Source of the DNA: the human T2T-CHM13v2.0 reference genome, Homo sapiens
NCBI RefSeq assembly: GCF_009914755.1
Contig: NC_060938.1
Strand: one strand, 5' to 3'
DNA length: 64,000 nucleotides
Of this stretch, positions 37,393 through 55,080 are shown one piece after another. The notes beneath the pieces were generated by a model. That model did not search any database, was not told the DNA's origin, and saw only the letters and a list, made by a program, of their open reading frames with translations. The first letter of the stretch is position 1. Each line of letters opens with the position of its first letter. Both the position numbers and the translations under genes were made by a program.

Positions 37393-38096
37393 TTTTTAAA
37401 AATTATTTTTCCAAAAGTATGTTATTTTTAGCTTAGAGAACATAGTTAGAGTAGCTGCTTTAAGTAAGTCTTTGAATGTTCCAGTATCTGAGTGATCTGT
37501 GGGTTGGGTTGATTGTCTTTTCCCTCGGTAATTGGTCAAAATTTCCTGTTTCTTTGTATGTCAAATAACTTTTGGTTGTATGCTGGACATTTTGAATATG
37601 ATAACTTGAGAATCTGAGTCCCGTCAAAATCTCTGGAGAATGTTTATTTCTTTTGTTTTAGCAGGAAGTTAACCTATTTAGATTCAGCCTAAAAGTTCTG
37701 TTTTGTTTTTGTTTTTTGTTTTTTGGATGATGGTTCTCATTTTAGCTGAGTTTTCAAAGCCTTTACAATGCTGCTTTGGCTATGTCCTGTGTATACTGAG
37801 TTCAGGGGTGAGCCTGGGACTTGTGCCGTTTATACATAGGATTAAAGAACCCCTCCCTCAGCTCTTTCCTCTCCAGTGTTCCTTCCACATTGTTTTGCAA
37901 ACAGACCCCATTTTCCTGGTCCTCTGTCAAGAAAGACAAGGTTTCTCTATAGAGCTGTGGCTGCATGCAACACTACATGTGTTGCCACCACATAGTTCCA
38001 TGTGACTTGGGCTTCTATCAAAAGAAAGTAACAGCAGAAAAGGCAGAACAGCATAACCAGGTTTCCCCCATACACTTCAGACCACTGGGATCCCTT

Positions 38097-38318
38097 GCTA
38101 GCTCCGCCTCCCGGGTTCATGCCATTCTCCTGCCTCAGCCTCCCGAGTAGCTGGGACTACAGGTGCCTGCCACCACACCCGGCTAATTTTTTGTATTTTT
38201 AGTAGAGACGGGGTTTCACCATGTTAGCCAGGATGGTCTTGATCTTCTGACCTCATGATCCACCTGCCTCGGCCTCCCAAAGTGCTGGGATTACAAGCGT
38301 GAGCCACCGCGCCCGGCC
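38097..38318 (-). mobile_element. AluY lacking its 3' end and poly(A)
   Basis: Y diagnostics; intact 5' end; flanked by ctgggatccctt direct repeats. Confidence 0.88.
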
Positions 38319-38734
38319 TGGGATCCCTTTTTCTATTTGCTCTGGCCAGAAAGATGGGGTTTTAACTGCCTTTGTTGCCACCATGCAGTTCTGCAACTGG
38401 GGCTGCCTTAAAGGCAGGACCAGGAAAGAAAAAAGAGGAGGTAAAGAAAAAAAGGGGAGACTTTCCTGTACTTCACTACCTCTTAGCAACCTCTTTTCCT
38501 GGTCCTTTGGCCGGAAAGACAGGGTTTTTCTAGAAGTTTTTGCTGCCTTGCCTTCACTTGCTGTTGTTTACTTTTTGTAGTCCTGAAGTAGTTGTTTTTT
38601 GGTGTGTTTTGTCCAGTTTTTGTTGTAATCAGTGGGTGATTGACGTCAAAATGCTCTTACTGTAACATGGCCAGCATCAGATGTCTCCAACATTCCTTTT
38701 AAAATGTAAAATGTTAATACCTCTGTTAAAGAAG

Positions 38735-39472
<738 letters not shown>

Positions 39473-40074
39473 CCCCCTCTTTCTTTATTGTAGACCAAAA
39501 CAACTTTTCTTCGTACTTCAAGAAAGACGTTTGTATACATGTTACTACAGCCTATGGTTTCGTTCTTCTGTGGACCTTATAATTATAATACATTGTTTTC
39601 AGAACTCAGTATATCATGTTAACTAAGTGCTCTGATGCTTTAATAAGCATTATTAAATACTAATTAATGTAAAAAGGAACCTCTTACTCTTCTGTAATTA
39701 TAGCTCTAAAATCACTGGAATTAGATGATTATCAGCTTTCACGTAAAAAAAAACTGTCTATAGAAACAAGTTTTAAGAACTTCAAAGATTGTTGGGTAAT
39801 GCAGCACTTTACTGTGCAGCCAAAATTTGAAAACATCTCAAAATTCTTTGGACTGTTAGAATTGGTATGTTTAGGAAGGTAGACTATTGGGTCAAAGATG
39901 AAAATATAAATGTGATGTATTGTCAAAACTGCTATTGTCAGCCATGGCTCAATGTAGATTATCCCACTCATTTTTATCAGTTCTGTAAGAATGCCATGTA
40001 TCAGATTCTTTATAGAGGTATGATTAACTGTGGCTTTTTCTGTCACTTTACTCTACATTAAATAAAATATAGGG

Positions 40075-40728
40075 GGCCCTAGCCAGAACAGTCAGGCAGA
40101 CAAAAAAGATAGAAGGCATTCAGATTGGAAAGGAAGAAGTAAAGTTGTCTCTGTTTTCAGATGAGATGATCTTATGCATAGAAATACCTAAGGATTCCAC
40201 ACACAAAAAAATTAGAACTAATAAACAAATGCAGTTAAGTTGCAGGATACAAAATCAGCATACAAATATCAGTTGCATTTTTATACACTAACAATGAACT
40301 ATTTGAAAAAGAAACTATGAAAACAATTTCATTCATAATAGCATCAGAGGGGGAGGGAAAGCATTAGGAGATATACCTAATGTAAATGAGGAGTTAATGG
40401 GTGCAGCACACCAACATGGCACATGTATACATATGTAACAAACCTACACGTTGCGCACATGTACCCTAGAACTTAAAGTATAATTTTTAAAAAAATAATA
40501 ATAGCATCAGAAAATAAAATAAAATAAAATACTTGGGCATAAATTTAACCAAGGAGGTAAAAGATCTATATGCTGAAAACTATAAAACATTGATTTAAAA
40601 AATTGGAGAAAATATAAGTAAGGTATTCTGTGTTCATGAATTGGAAGAATTAATATTGTTAAAATATCCGTAGTACCCAAAGTGATCTACAGATTTAATG
40701 CAACCCCTATCATAATTCCAGTGGCATT
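40075..40728 (+). mobile_element. Sense L1 ORF2 fragment (older L1M/L1PB)
   Basis: Encodes remnants of [20 protein letters not shown] and WIGRINIVK-type RT segments. Confidence 0.8.
40349..40497 (+). mobile_element. 149-bp 5'-truncated young L1PA 3' end nested in an older L1
   Basis: gcattaggagatatacctaatgtaaatga...cttaaagtataat; perfect 14-bp TSD ataatagcatcaga (40335-40348, 40498-40511). Confidence 0.9.
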
Positions 40729-41052
40729 TGCTATGGTTTGGATATTTGTCCCCTCCACATCTAGTGTTGAAACTTGATCCCAGTGTTGGAGGCGGGGCCT
40801 GGTGGGAGGTGTTTGGGTCATGAGGGTGGATCCGTCATGCACATATTGGTGCTATCCCCTTGCTGATGAGTGAGTTCTCCCTCTATAATTTAACAAGAGA
40901 ACTGGTTGTTTAAAAGAGCATGGCACCCCTCCCCTCTCTCGTCTTGTGAAATACTGACTCCTCTTCCCCTTCTGCAATGATTGGAAGCTTCCTGAGATCC
41001 TCAGATTCGTGCTTCTTGGACAGCCTGCAGAACTGTAAGCCAAATAAACCTT
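40729..41052 (+). mobile_element. MST (MaLR) LTR fragment
   Basis: TGCTATGGTTTGGATATTTGTCCCCTCC...cagcctgcagaactgt.agccaaataaacct. Confidence 0.8.
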
Positions 41053-41100
41053 AATAGAACGATCCTAAAATTCATATGTAACCACAAAAGGCCCTGAAGC

Positions 41101-41302
41101 CGGGGTAATTTATAAAGGTCAATTAAAGAGGTTTAGTTGACTCACAGTTCAGCATGGCTGGGGAGGCCTCAGGAAACTTACAATCGTGGCGGAAAGCGAA
41201 GGGGAAGCAAGGCACCTTCTTCACAAGGCCGCGGGAAGGAGAAGTGCTAAATGAAGAGGGGAAGGGCCCCTTAAAAACCATCAGATCTTGCAAGAACTCA
41301 CC
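41101..41302 (-). mobile_element. THE1/MST LTR fragment
   Basis: gggtaatttataaag...ggggaggcctcaggaaacttacaatc...aaccatcagatct. Confidence 0.8.
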
Positions 41303-42437
<1,135 letters not shown>

Positions 42438-43221
42438 TTTTTAAAGAAGGCTTAAACTGCTTAATCTGATTATAAATGATAAATGTCTAGTATGTTATTC
42501 TCTATTCATGAAATATAGCAAAGATAAGCTTTTTGGCCTTTTGAAGCATTTATGTTTTAAATGACAAATATGTTACTGTAAACTGGGATTATCAGCTGGC
42601 CAGGTATCATTTACTGCAGTTCAGAGTCTCCCAACCTCCATATTTCTAGAACTGAATTTAGACTGAAGGATGTGCCTCTTAAACTGCTCTGCCCTTTTGG
42701 TTTCTTGCTGGCAATTGTCTGCTGATATTTTATAAAGCTAAAAATTTTCTACTCAATTTGTTCCTTATTTGACATTTTTATCTCAGCCTAGGTATAAACT
42801 AGATGAATTTGATTGCAATTATTTTCATTGTTACTGCTCTTCATTTGCCTATTTTCATCAGAAAAAAACAGTGTATTTTCTGGTGAGATTGGCATGAATT
42901 TCTCAGATAAAGGAATATTTGGGGATGGTGTCCCTTTGGGAATATGATTGCTTTCTTGCATGGTGATTTGCTTCCACTTCCCAGGTGTTGAGAATAATAG
43001 GCAGTCAGAAGGTCTGCATGCCAAAGGCAGAAGACATTTGGGAATTTTTTCATCATGAACTTTAAGTTGAAGGAGTTAATGATTGGCTGGATTACAATAT
43101 AAAAAGTGGATGTCTTTACAGTAAAGTAAGTAGAGCTTGAAATACAAAGAATGGAAACTCCTACATGAAAATGTTTTTAGGGGAAAAACATATTTTCTCT
43201 TTATGGTTTATTCTGCTCTAG

Positions 43222-43419
43222 GAAAACACCACCAAGCAAGTGAAACACATAATGTGATTGCATCAGACAAAGCAGCAGAAAAATCAGTTGTCCATGAACA
43301 TGAGCACAGCCACGACCACACACAGCTGCATGCCTATATTGGTGTTTCCCTCGTTCTGGGCTTCGTTTTCATGTTGCTGGTGGACCAGATTGGTAACTCC
43401 CATGTGCATTCTACTGACG
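43222..43419 (+). CDS. SLC39A9: SLC39A9 coding exon 3 (His-rich loop HEHEHSHDH, TM3)
   Basis: Acceptor ttctgctctag|GA; donor GACG|gtgagt; 198 nt; phase 1-1; frame consistent with exon 2. Confidence 0.97.
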
Positions 43420-43666
43420 GTGAGTGGCTCCAAGGCTTTCTGGGCAGTGCAATACATTTGCAGTTGAGAAAGTTACAAACGATCAAATATTTCAGTCTGT
43501 ATCAGTGGCCATATTTAGTGCTAAAACTCTTGTCTTCCTTGGGTTCTAGTGAACATTTAACTAAGTGGGGAGAGCTAGTGAGTTGTGGCATGTGGCGCAA
43601 AGAAGTGTTTATTGGTTTATTACTTTGCTTGTCTTAAAGTTGTCACATTTGGTTGAGAGTCTAGGG

Positions 43667-45482
43667 CAGAAGTTCTTAACTTAGTTTTTTGCTGTGGAGC
43701 CCTTAGGCAGTCTAAAGACTGTGGACCTTTTATTGGAATATTGTTTTTAAATGTATAAAACATAGTACATAAGATCAAAGAGAAAACCACCTTTGTTGAA
43801 ATACAGTTACTAAAACATCAGAACAAATTTGTGATATAGTAATGTATGTCTTTATCAGTGCATTAAATAATGAGATAATACATTTAAATCCTAAACAAGT
43901 TAGAGTTGAATTTTATTTTCTAGGACATTAGTATGCTAGCTATTACATAATAATATGCTTGGCTTAAGAACATTAAATTATGAGGTAGTCTGTAACAAGG
44001 CAACATGTATGTCAAGTTAAACATCTAGTTGATTTTGGGTTTTTGTTTTGATGGTTATTGGTGTAGAAAATCTTGATTTACAAAGGTATTTTCTTACAAA
44101 TGTACCTAAACACATTTGTAGCTTGCTTTTTAAGGAATCATAAGCTTCTCTAAAGGACAACTAGAATTCCCCAAGACTTTTCAAATTTGACTCCAGTCAT
44201 AGTAACTGTTTTGTTTTAAGATCAATGAATTTATCCTTGGCTAGGTCAACATTTTTCATACGATTTATATTAATAAAAAAGGATTCTGATACATGATACA
44301 CTTCGATCCTGTGGTGATAGAAATAAATTTGAGAGTTATAAAACTTCTCCAGGGATTGATGTGTAGACATATTTTTTCAGATATGTCAGCAGGGAATTTT
44401 GCAGATAGGAAATATTGGAAAGCAGCATAAGTATCTTGGTCCCCAATGGGAGAGCCTTGTGACTATCACTGTTTGGTGGCTGAGTGACTGTTAGATGCAG
44501 AGCTACTTGATAGTTGCCCAGCTCCATCACATGAGCATCTGCAGACAGGAAAGCTGTAATCATGCAGTATGGCAGCAGTTCTATAAGTCCTTAATTTAAA
44601 GTAGTGATGAGTGAAAGCGATAATTTAAAGATAATCTACAACCGTAAAATAACCTGATTAGTCTGATTTCTACTGGCAGTAAAGATAGTGCTGATATTAC
44701 TTGTGGTTTATTGTCTGCATTCATAATTAAAGGAAATGAGGGGGCAGTCACCATGACTCACCTGTAATCCTAGCACTTTGGGAGGCCAAGATGGGCGGAT
44801 CCTTTTGAGTTCAGGAGTTTGAGACCAGCCTGGGCAACATGGCAAAACTCCATCTCTACAAAAAATACAATAATTAGCTGAGCATAGTGGTACGCACCTG
44901 GAGTCCCTGCTACTGGGGGACTGAGGCGGGAGGAACGCTTGAGCCCAGGAGGTTGAGGCTGCAGTGAGCTGAGATCACGCCACTGCACTCCAGCCTGGGT
45001 GACAAAGTGAGACCCTGTCTCAAAAATAATAATGATAATAAAAATAAAGGAAATGTGGCCAAGCGTGGTGGCTCATGCCTGTAATCCCAGCACTTTGAGA
45101 GGCTGAGGGGGAAGGTTCACTTGAGACCAGGAGTTCAAGATCAGCCTGGGAGACATGGTGAGACCCCATCTCTACGAAAAAAAAATAAATTACCCAAGCA
45201 TGATGAGGCATGCCTGTAGTCGCAGCTACTCAGGAGGCTTAGGTGGTAAGATCACTTGAGCCCAGAAGGTTGAGACTACATTGAGCCACGATCACACCAC
45301 TGCACTCCAGTTCAGCCTGAGCAAGAGAACAAGATCCCATCTCAAAAAAAATAAAGACAAAGGAAATGCTAAATTTCAGAGGTTAGTAAAAATAAAAACG
45401 CATTTTTTTCAAGTTAAAGTCACAGACATCCCCTGAATTCTACCTGTACTCACCTCTATAGACCCCAGGCTAAGAATCTTTG
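43667..45482 (+). mobile_element. MER119-like hAT element split into three pieces (43667-43876, 44570-44738, 45360-45482)
   Basis: Ends CAGAAGTTCTTAAC... and ...GACCCCAGGCTAAGAATCTTTG; the pieces are collinear with a recalled MER119 consensus. Confidence 0.65.
44742..45350 (+). mobile_element. Two tandem sense AluJ (~44742-45045, 45057-45350)
   Basis: Both full dimers; aaaggaaatg occurs before, between and after them. Confidence 0.88.
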
Positions 45483-45973
45483 GTCGACAGAAAAATCTGC
45501 AGAAAAGCAGACAAAAGACATGAACAGATAATCGCAATAAGATATTAAAATGGCCCTTAAACTTATGAAAAGATGTTCAATTTCACTTGAATACAAGTCA
45601 AAGCTATGCTGAGATACCGTTTCTTACCTGTCAGGCAAAAATTCAGAAGCTTAACAATACACCCGATTGGCAAAGCTGTGATAGAATAGGCACTCATATA
45701 TTGGGGTGGCAATGCAAAATGGTACAATGCCCATGGAGAGGAATTTGGCAGTATCTTACAAAACTACATATATGTTTACCCTTTGAAATCCCACTTCTAG
45801 GGATTTACTCAAATACAGCTCCAATATGAAAATACATATGCACAAGATTATTCAATGCAGCATTATTTATCATTGGAAAATACTTAAATGTTCAGTCATG
45901 GAGATTGGCTGAATGAACTATGGTATGTACACATAATGGAGTACTATGTAGCTGTAGAAAAGAATAAAGATTC

Positions 45974-46140
45974 AGGCAGAGCGCAGTGGCTCACCCCTTT
46001 AATCCCAGCATTTTGAGAGGCTGAGGTAGGATGATTACTTGAAACTGGAGTTCAAGGCTGCAGTGAGCTATGATCGCATAACTGCACTCCAGCCTGGGAG
46101 ACAATGCGAAACCCTGTCGCTCTAAAAAAAATAATAATAA
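45974..46140 (+). mobile_element. FRAM-like Alu monomer
   Basis: TSD aaaagaataaagattcagg on both sides. Confidence 0.8.
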
Positions 46141-46288
46141 AAGAATAAAGATTCAGGTATCTGTGAACTGATAGGGAGAGATTTCCAGGAGGTATTGTTA
46201 AATGGAAAAAAAAAAAGCAAAAAATGTAATGATCATCTAGCATATACTATGTTTTATGTAAGAAAGAAGGGGAAATAAGAAAAACATA

Positions 46289-46792
46289 CAGTTGACCTTT
46301 GAACAATATGAGTTTGAACTGTGTGAGTCCATTTATACATGGATTTTCTTTCAATAAAAGTTACACTGAGTGTGGCTGCCTCTCCTGCCCCCCTTCCACC
46401 TCCTTCACCTCTTCTACCTCTGCCACCCCTGAGACAGCAAGACCGACCCCTCCTCTTCCTCCTCATCCTCCTCAGCCTACTCAATGTGAAGATGATGAGG
46501 ATGAAAACCTTTATGATGATCCACTTCCACTTAATAGTAAATATATTTTCTCTTTCTTATGATTTTTAAATAACATTTTCTTTTACCTAGCTTACTTTTT
46601 TGTAAAAATACAGTATTAATACATATAACAAATAAAATACGTGTTAATCGACTTTGTTATCATTAAGACTTCTGATCAACAGTAGGCTATTAGTGGTTAA
46701 GTTTTTGGGGAGTGAAAAGTTGTATGTGGATTTTTGACTGTGTAGGGGGTCAACACTCCAACATCCACATTGTTCAGTGCAGTGGTCAAGTG
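46289..46792 (+). mobile_element. Tigger2-family (Tigger2a/2b) TcMar DNA transposon
   Basis: TA|CAGTTGACC.TTGAACAA ... TTGTTCA..GGTCAAGTG|TA termini with TA TSD; internal gccacccctgagacagcaagacc. Confidence 0.85.
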
Positions 46793-47738
46793 TATCTACT
46801 TACCTTTACAAAAAAGAAACAGAAGAAGAACTGGCTAGAAAACAAAAGACATTTATTAACTGCATGGGGTGAGGTGGAGGAGTTGAGAGGGCAAAAGGGT
46901 TTTGGGAGCACATGATATTCCCCTGAGCATGCCTTTTTGGTATAATTCTGACTTTTGGAAACATGTTAATGTTCTACATATTCAAAAAATAGAATGAAAC
47001 CAATATGGATGGGAGCGCTAACTGAAACAGATGAATTGTATTTCAAGTGAATAATACAATCACACTGAAGGGATTTAACAAAAACTAATTCAAGTAAATT
47101 ATGAATGTAGTATTTGACTACATATGTTTAGTCTTGGGTAGAGTTGGGAGAAAACCATAAACAAATACTGAACTCGTTGTTGTTGTTGTTGTTGTTTGTA
47201 ATGGAATGGGCAAAACAGTTCTGAAGCTGCTTTAGATGTTTTATAGGATTGAGTCAATGGGTCATGTTGATGTTGGTGGAGTCAGGGTTCTAAGTGTGGA
47301 AGAAGGAACACACAAGTATGGAGTGGAGGAAGGCAAGAAAGAACCCCTATAGGGACTTATTGGAATTGGAAGTATTGGACTCGGGATTTCTAAATGTATT
47401 TGGTTTTGTATATATATTTATATATACATATATATATATATATGTCCTAGCTCTGTCTGAAGATGGGGCCTAGAAATAAAGACATCCCACTAGCATGAGC
47501 AAGCCAGGGCCTTTCAGAGAAGACTCAGGGCTGATTCCAGGACAGGGGCAGGGTAAGTACAAGTGAGCTTGGAACATCTAGAACTGAAAAAAACAGAAGG
47601 AAGGAAGAAGATGGGAGCATGTCATAGGATATAGGAACCCTCTTAAAAGGGTTCCCACTGGCCACATGTGGGATAAGTTGAGCACCAACATAATTAAGAA
47701 CAGTAATAAAGCATAAACCATTCAAAAAATGGGAATCT

Positions 47739-48401
<663 letters not shown>

Positions 48402-48778
48402 TCAGCCTCCTTACAGGTAACTAAAAATGCTGGACAGAATTCAAAAAACCAGTGGAGAGCAACCCAAAGCAAGCAAATTCTGGAAGGGAGTCAACACTTA
48501 GAACAGGGTGCATTTCCTATTTTTACTGCTTTCAGTAGTCAGCCCCCTGTGGGACAGCTAAAACTCTGATAGAAAACTCAGTCTTTCTGGACTGAAGAAC
48601 CAGAGGACAGAGTTCAGGAGTTTCAGTGGTTACAGCACTGAAAATAAGGGAGAATCCTAGAACGAAGAGAAACTCAGCCCCAAATTCTGTATATGAACTG
48701 CCTCGGTCTCCAGCTGACCCTGAACCATGCTTGGCAGACTCCAGGTAGCTCAGCTGAAGATAATTATGAACTAAACTG

Positions 48779-49455
<677 letters not shown>

Positions 49456-50491
49456 CTACTTAAAGCAAAACAAACAAAAAAGTCACTCTTTGGAGGAATA
49501 TAACAAAATCTGACTATCCATGAGATAATGTTGGCAATGTCCAGGATATAATTCAGAATTAACACCACCAGTGAGCAGCAGATGTACATCCTGCACCTCT
49601 AGATGTGATACCCGGAGAAGCATCATCACCATTATAACATTTCATCCAAGAACCCGTAGTCTTAAGGACATACACACAAAAGTTTTTATTACTAAAAAAA
49701 CAAGAAAGGAGGAGAATATATTATCCAAAAATGGCAATGTCATAAAAGTCAAAGCGAGAGGAAATGTTCCAGATTAAAGGAGACTAAAGAGTTACAAGTA
49801 AGTGAAATGTGTGATTCTAGACTGGATCCTTCCTGGAAAGGAAACATGCCCTGAAGTAAGTACTTTATTGAGCAGTTGACAAAATTACAATATGCAAGAA
49901 AATTAGAAAAAGTGTCAGTGTTGATAACTGTACTGTGATGATGTAAGAAAATATCTTTTCTCTTAGAAAATACACATTGAAGCATCTGGGGATAAAGGGT
50001 TATTGATGTGTGCAACTTACTTTTAAATGTTAGAGAAAAAGAATGTGTGTGTGTACAGAGAGCGTGAGTATAAATGATGAAGCAAATGAGGCAAAATGTT
50101 AATCAATATATTGGTCCATCTGAGAAAAGGATGTATGAATTTTTTTTTACTATTCTTGCAACTTTACTGAAGGTTTAAAATTATTTCCAAATTAGAGTTT
50201 AAAAAAATTATGGGAGTAAGCTTAAAACAAAACAAAATAATTTTGGTCTAGAACGGTTTTTAATCTCCTTGTATTTACTATGTGTTAAATTTTTTTCCAT
50301 AGAGTTATATTTTTTAATAAAATCTTATCTTGGAAAGTTGATGTAAGAATAAATGGTTTTATTGTGCCTTACTCCAAACAGCAAATGAGAAGCACTGTTG
50401 GGTGGTATTGGACTCTGGCTGTATCACACAGTTGGCCACACTGGGCTCCAAGACATTTTTCTTGTGATTCTTGTCAGTTTCAATTTAACGT

Positions 50492-51942
<1,451 letters not shown>

Positions 51943-52874
51943 TGTGTGGGCGCAGTAGTAGCCAGTAATCCTATACAGAGAGTTAAATGTAGCTTGTGTT
52001 CCATTATTCTTCTTCCTGTTTTATCTCTGAAGTCATTATTTTTGCTGGCTTTCGTGTCTGATGACCTGGTTTTACCTATTTTCTGCAGAGTTTTATGTAT
52101 TATAAAATGTCAATAAAATGTATTTATTAAATTTATGCTAAACTGCAGTCTTTATAGGTTTATAAAAACTTTCTAATTTTAAAGCCTCTAATTGTTTAAG
52201 ATCCTAAGTATAACTGGATGATAAGCCTTTGTATAAAAAAAGGCCAGAGCCAGCTTGCACACAGTGTAATTTGACTGTTCCTTCCAGTTCAGGGTAGCAT
52301 TGAGCTATTTGCTGGCGCAGAGTGATTAGGGTCTTTAGCTTCCCTTCTTTGCAGTGTTTTAATAGGAAAATATCATTTATTAATAAGAGGTAATATCTTA
52401 CTTTACTTGTATACTTTTTCCATTGTAAACCCCTTCCTTTTGTATGCTGGACTCCTAAGAAGATTAAATCCCCTGTAACTTACTTGACTGATGTTCATCT
52501 GTCATTTTACCTGGCATTTTGATGTCCCCATCTTTTAACTTTATTTACTTGTATGTTTCCTACAATAGCAGTAACATCTTTATTTAATACACATAAATGC
52601 TTTTTTCACTCTTCAGCAAGGATTTATTAAGTAACTATTGGGTGCCTAGTGCTGTGCTACATTCTGTCAGACATGTTAAAGGAAAAGAGAGGTAGAAAAT
52701 TTAATGCTTTAGCATTTACAGTCCATCTGGGGATAGAAAACATTCAAGTGAAAATGGCTTTGTATATCTGAGGTGGTGTATAGAGGAACCTTTGAAGACT
52801 GCCTGCATAGATCACTAGGTCTAGGCAAGGGGAGAGTTGCTTTGAGCTGGAATCAATTTTTTAAATTTATTTTT

Positions 52875-53820
<946 letters not shown>

Positions 53821-53833
53821 TAAGATTAATTAT

Positions 53834-53981
53834 ATTAGGGAAAAATGAGAGTAGGGAACCTGATGCTAATTTAGGTTTGAGTGATGAAAATTTAGGTTAG
53901 GGTGATGGCAATAAAAATGTGACAGATGTTAGAATGAAGATAAAGTTGCAGGATGCTAAGGAAGAGATAGACAATGACAAT
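53834..53981 (+). repeat. Direct repeat copy A (upstream of exon 4)
   Basis: Near-identical to 54798-54964 apart from two indels. Confidence 0.92.
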
Positions 53982-54205
53982 TAGATTGGTCTGGAAAGAA
54001 ATGATCAGAGGCCATAGATCACTTTCCTTGGAATAGTAGAGGAAGAGGATTAAGGAATAGGAGGAAGTTGGGGCCATTGGGGGTTACACATTTCAGTGAT
54101 TTTTCTGTTAAGGTAGGGCTGAGTCAAATGAAGAGTTCCCTCTTAGCCACCTCTTCAGGACAGGGAAATCTTCTAAGGGTTTGAAGCAGAAAGAAAAAAG
54201 ATAGT

Positions 54206-54312
54206 GGCCGGGTGCGGTGGCTCACGCCTATCATCTCAACACTTTGGGAGGGTGAGGCGGGCGGATCATTGGAGGTCAGGAGTTTGAGACCAGCCTGGCC
54301 AACATTAGTGAA
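54206..54312 (+). mobile_element. Alu left-monomer fragment
   Basis: ggccgggtgcggtggctcacgcc...ccagcctggccaacat; ends ~80 nt before exon 4. Confidence 0.85.
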
Positions 54313-54391
54313 ATTCTTTCACCTCCAGACCAATGTTTGAACAGTTTCTGTCTCACATAGCTTAACGCTGTCTTTCTCATTTTCACTTTAG

Positions 54392-54460
54392 ATCCAGAAG
54401 CAGCAAGGTCTAGCAATTCCAAAATCACCACCACGCTGGGTCTGGTTGTCCATGCTGCAG
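54392..54460 (+). CDS. SLC39A9: SLC39A9 coding exon 4 ([23 protein letters not shown]-)
   Basis: Acceptor tttcactttag|AT; donor GCAG|gtaggg; 69 nt; phase 1-1; contains the TM4 His (H155). Confidence 0.95.
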
Positions 54461-54627
54461 GTAGGGTTGGATTGCAGTGGAACTTCTTTGTTTTCTATCG
54501 CACAGGGGAGACCTTAGTGTTTATATTTCAGGGACCGTCCTCATTGAATGCTCTTGGACTGGCCTTTGAGGAAAAGGTTTCTTAATGAAGTCCTCCAACA
54601 CAAGCACAAGCTTGGTGTGCTCAGTGT

Positions 54628-55080
54628 CAGGGGTTTGCAAGCTAAGAATGGTTTCTATACTTTTTAATGGTTTAAAAAAAAAAAGAGAGAGAGGAACATA
54701 CTGTAGCACATGAGAATTATATAATTCAAATTAAGGAAGTTTTATTGGAACACAGCCTTGCCCATGTATTTATGTATTGTTTGTGACAGTGAATTTGATT
54801 AGGGAAAAATGAGAGTAGGGAACCTATTGCTGATTTAGGTTTGTTTGAGTGATGAAAATTTAGGTTAGGGTGATGGCAATAAAAAATGGAGAAAGGCAAA
54901 TGTGACTGATGTTAGAATGAAGATAAAGTTGCAGGAGGCTGAGGAAGAGATAGACAATGACAATGATCCATCTCTTTTGTTTTTGTGCAACAGTGGCAGA
55001 ATTGAACAGTTGCAAGAGACCAAATAACTGCAAAGCCTCAAATATTTACTGTCTAGCTCTTAAGAAGAAGTTTGCTCTTT
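54628..55080 (+). mobile_element. MER58B-like hAT MITE interrupted by direct repeat copy B
   Basis: gctaagaatggttt..tttttaatggtt, tttattggaacacagcc and gcaaagcct.aaatatttact..ct.g...gtttgc match recalled MER58B. Confidence 0.75.
54798..54964 (+). repeat. Direct repeat copy B (downstream of exon 4)
   Basis: attagggaaaaatgagagtagggaacct...gaagagatagacaatgacaat, same as copy A. Confidence 0.92.

Noticed and set aside
43137-43637. 166-aa ORF as a stand-alone gene
   Set aside because: It is exon 3 with in-frame intronic read-through on both sides; splice sites delimit 43222-43419.
46254-46569. Low-complexity Pro/Ser/acidic ORFs
   Set aside because: They lie within the Tigger2 element.
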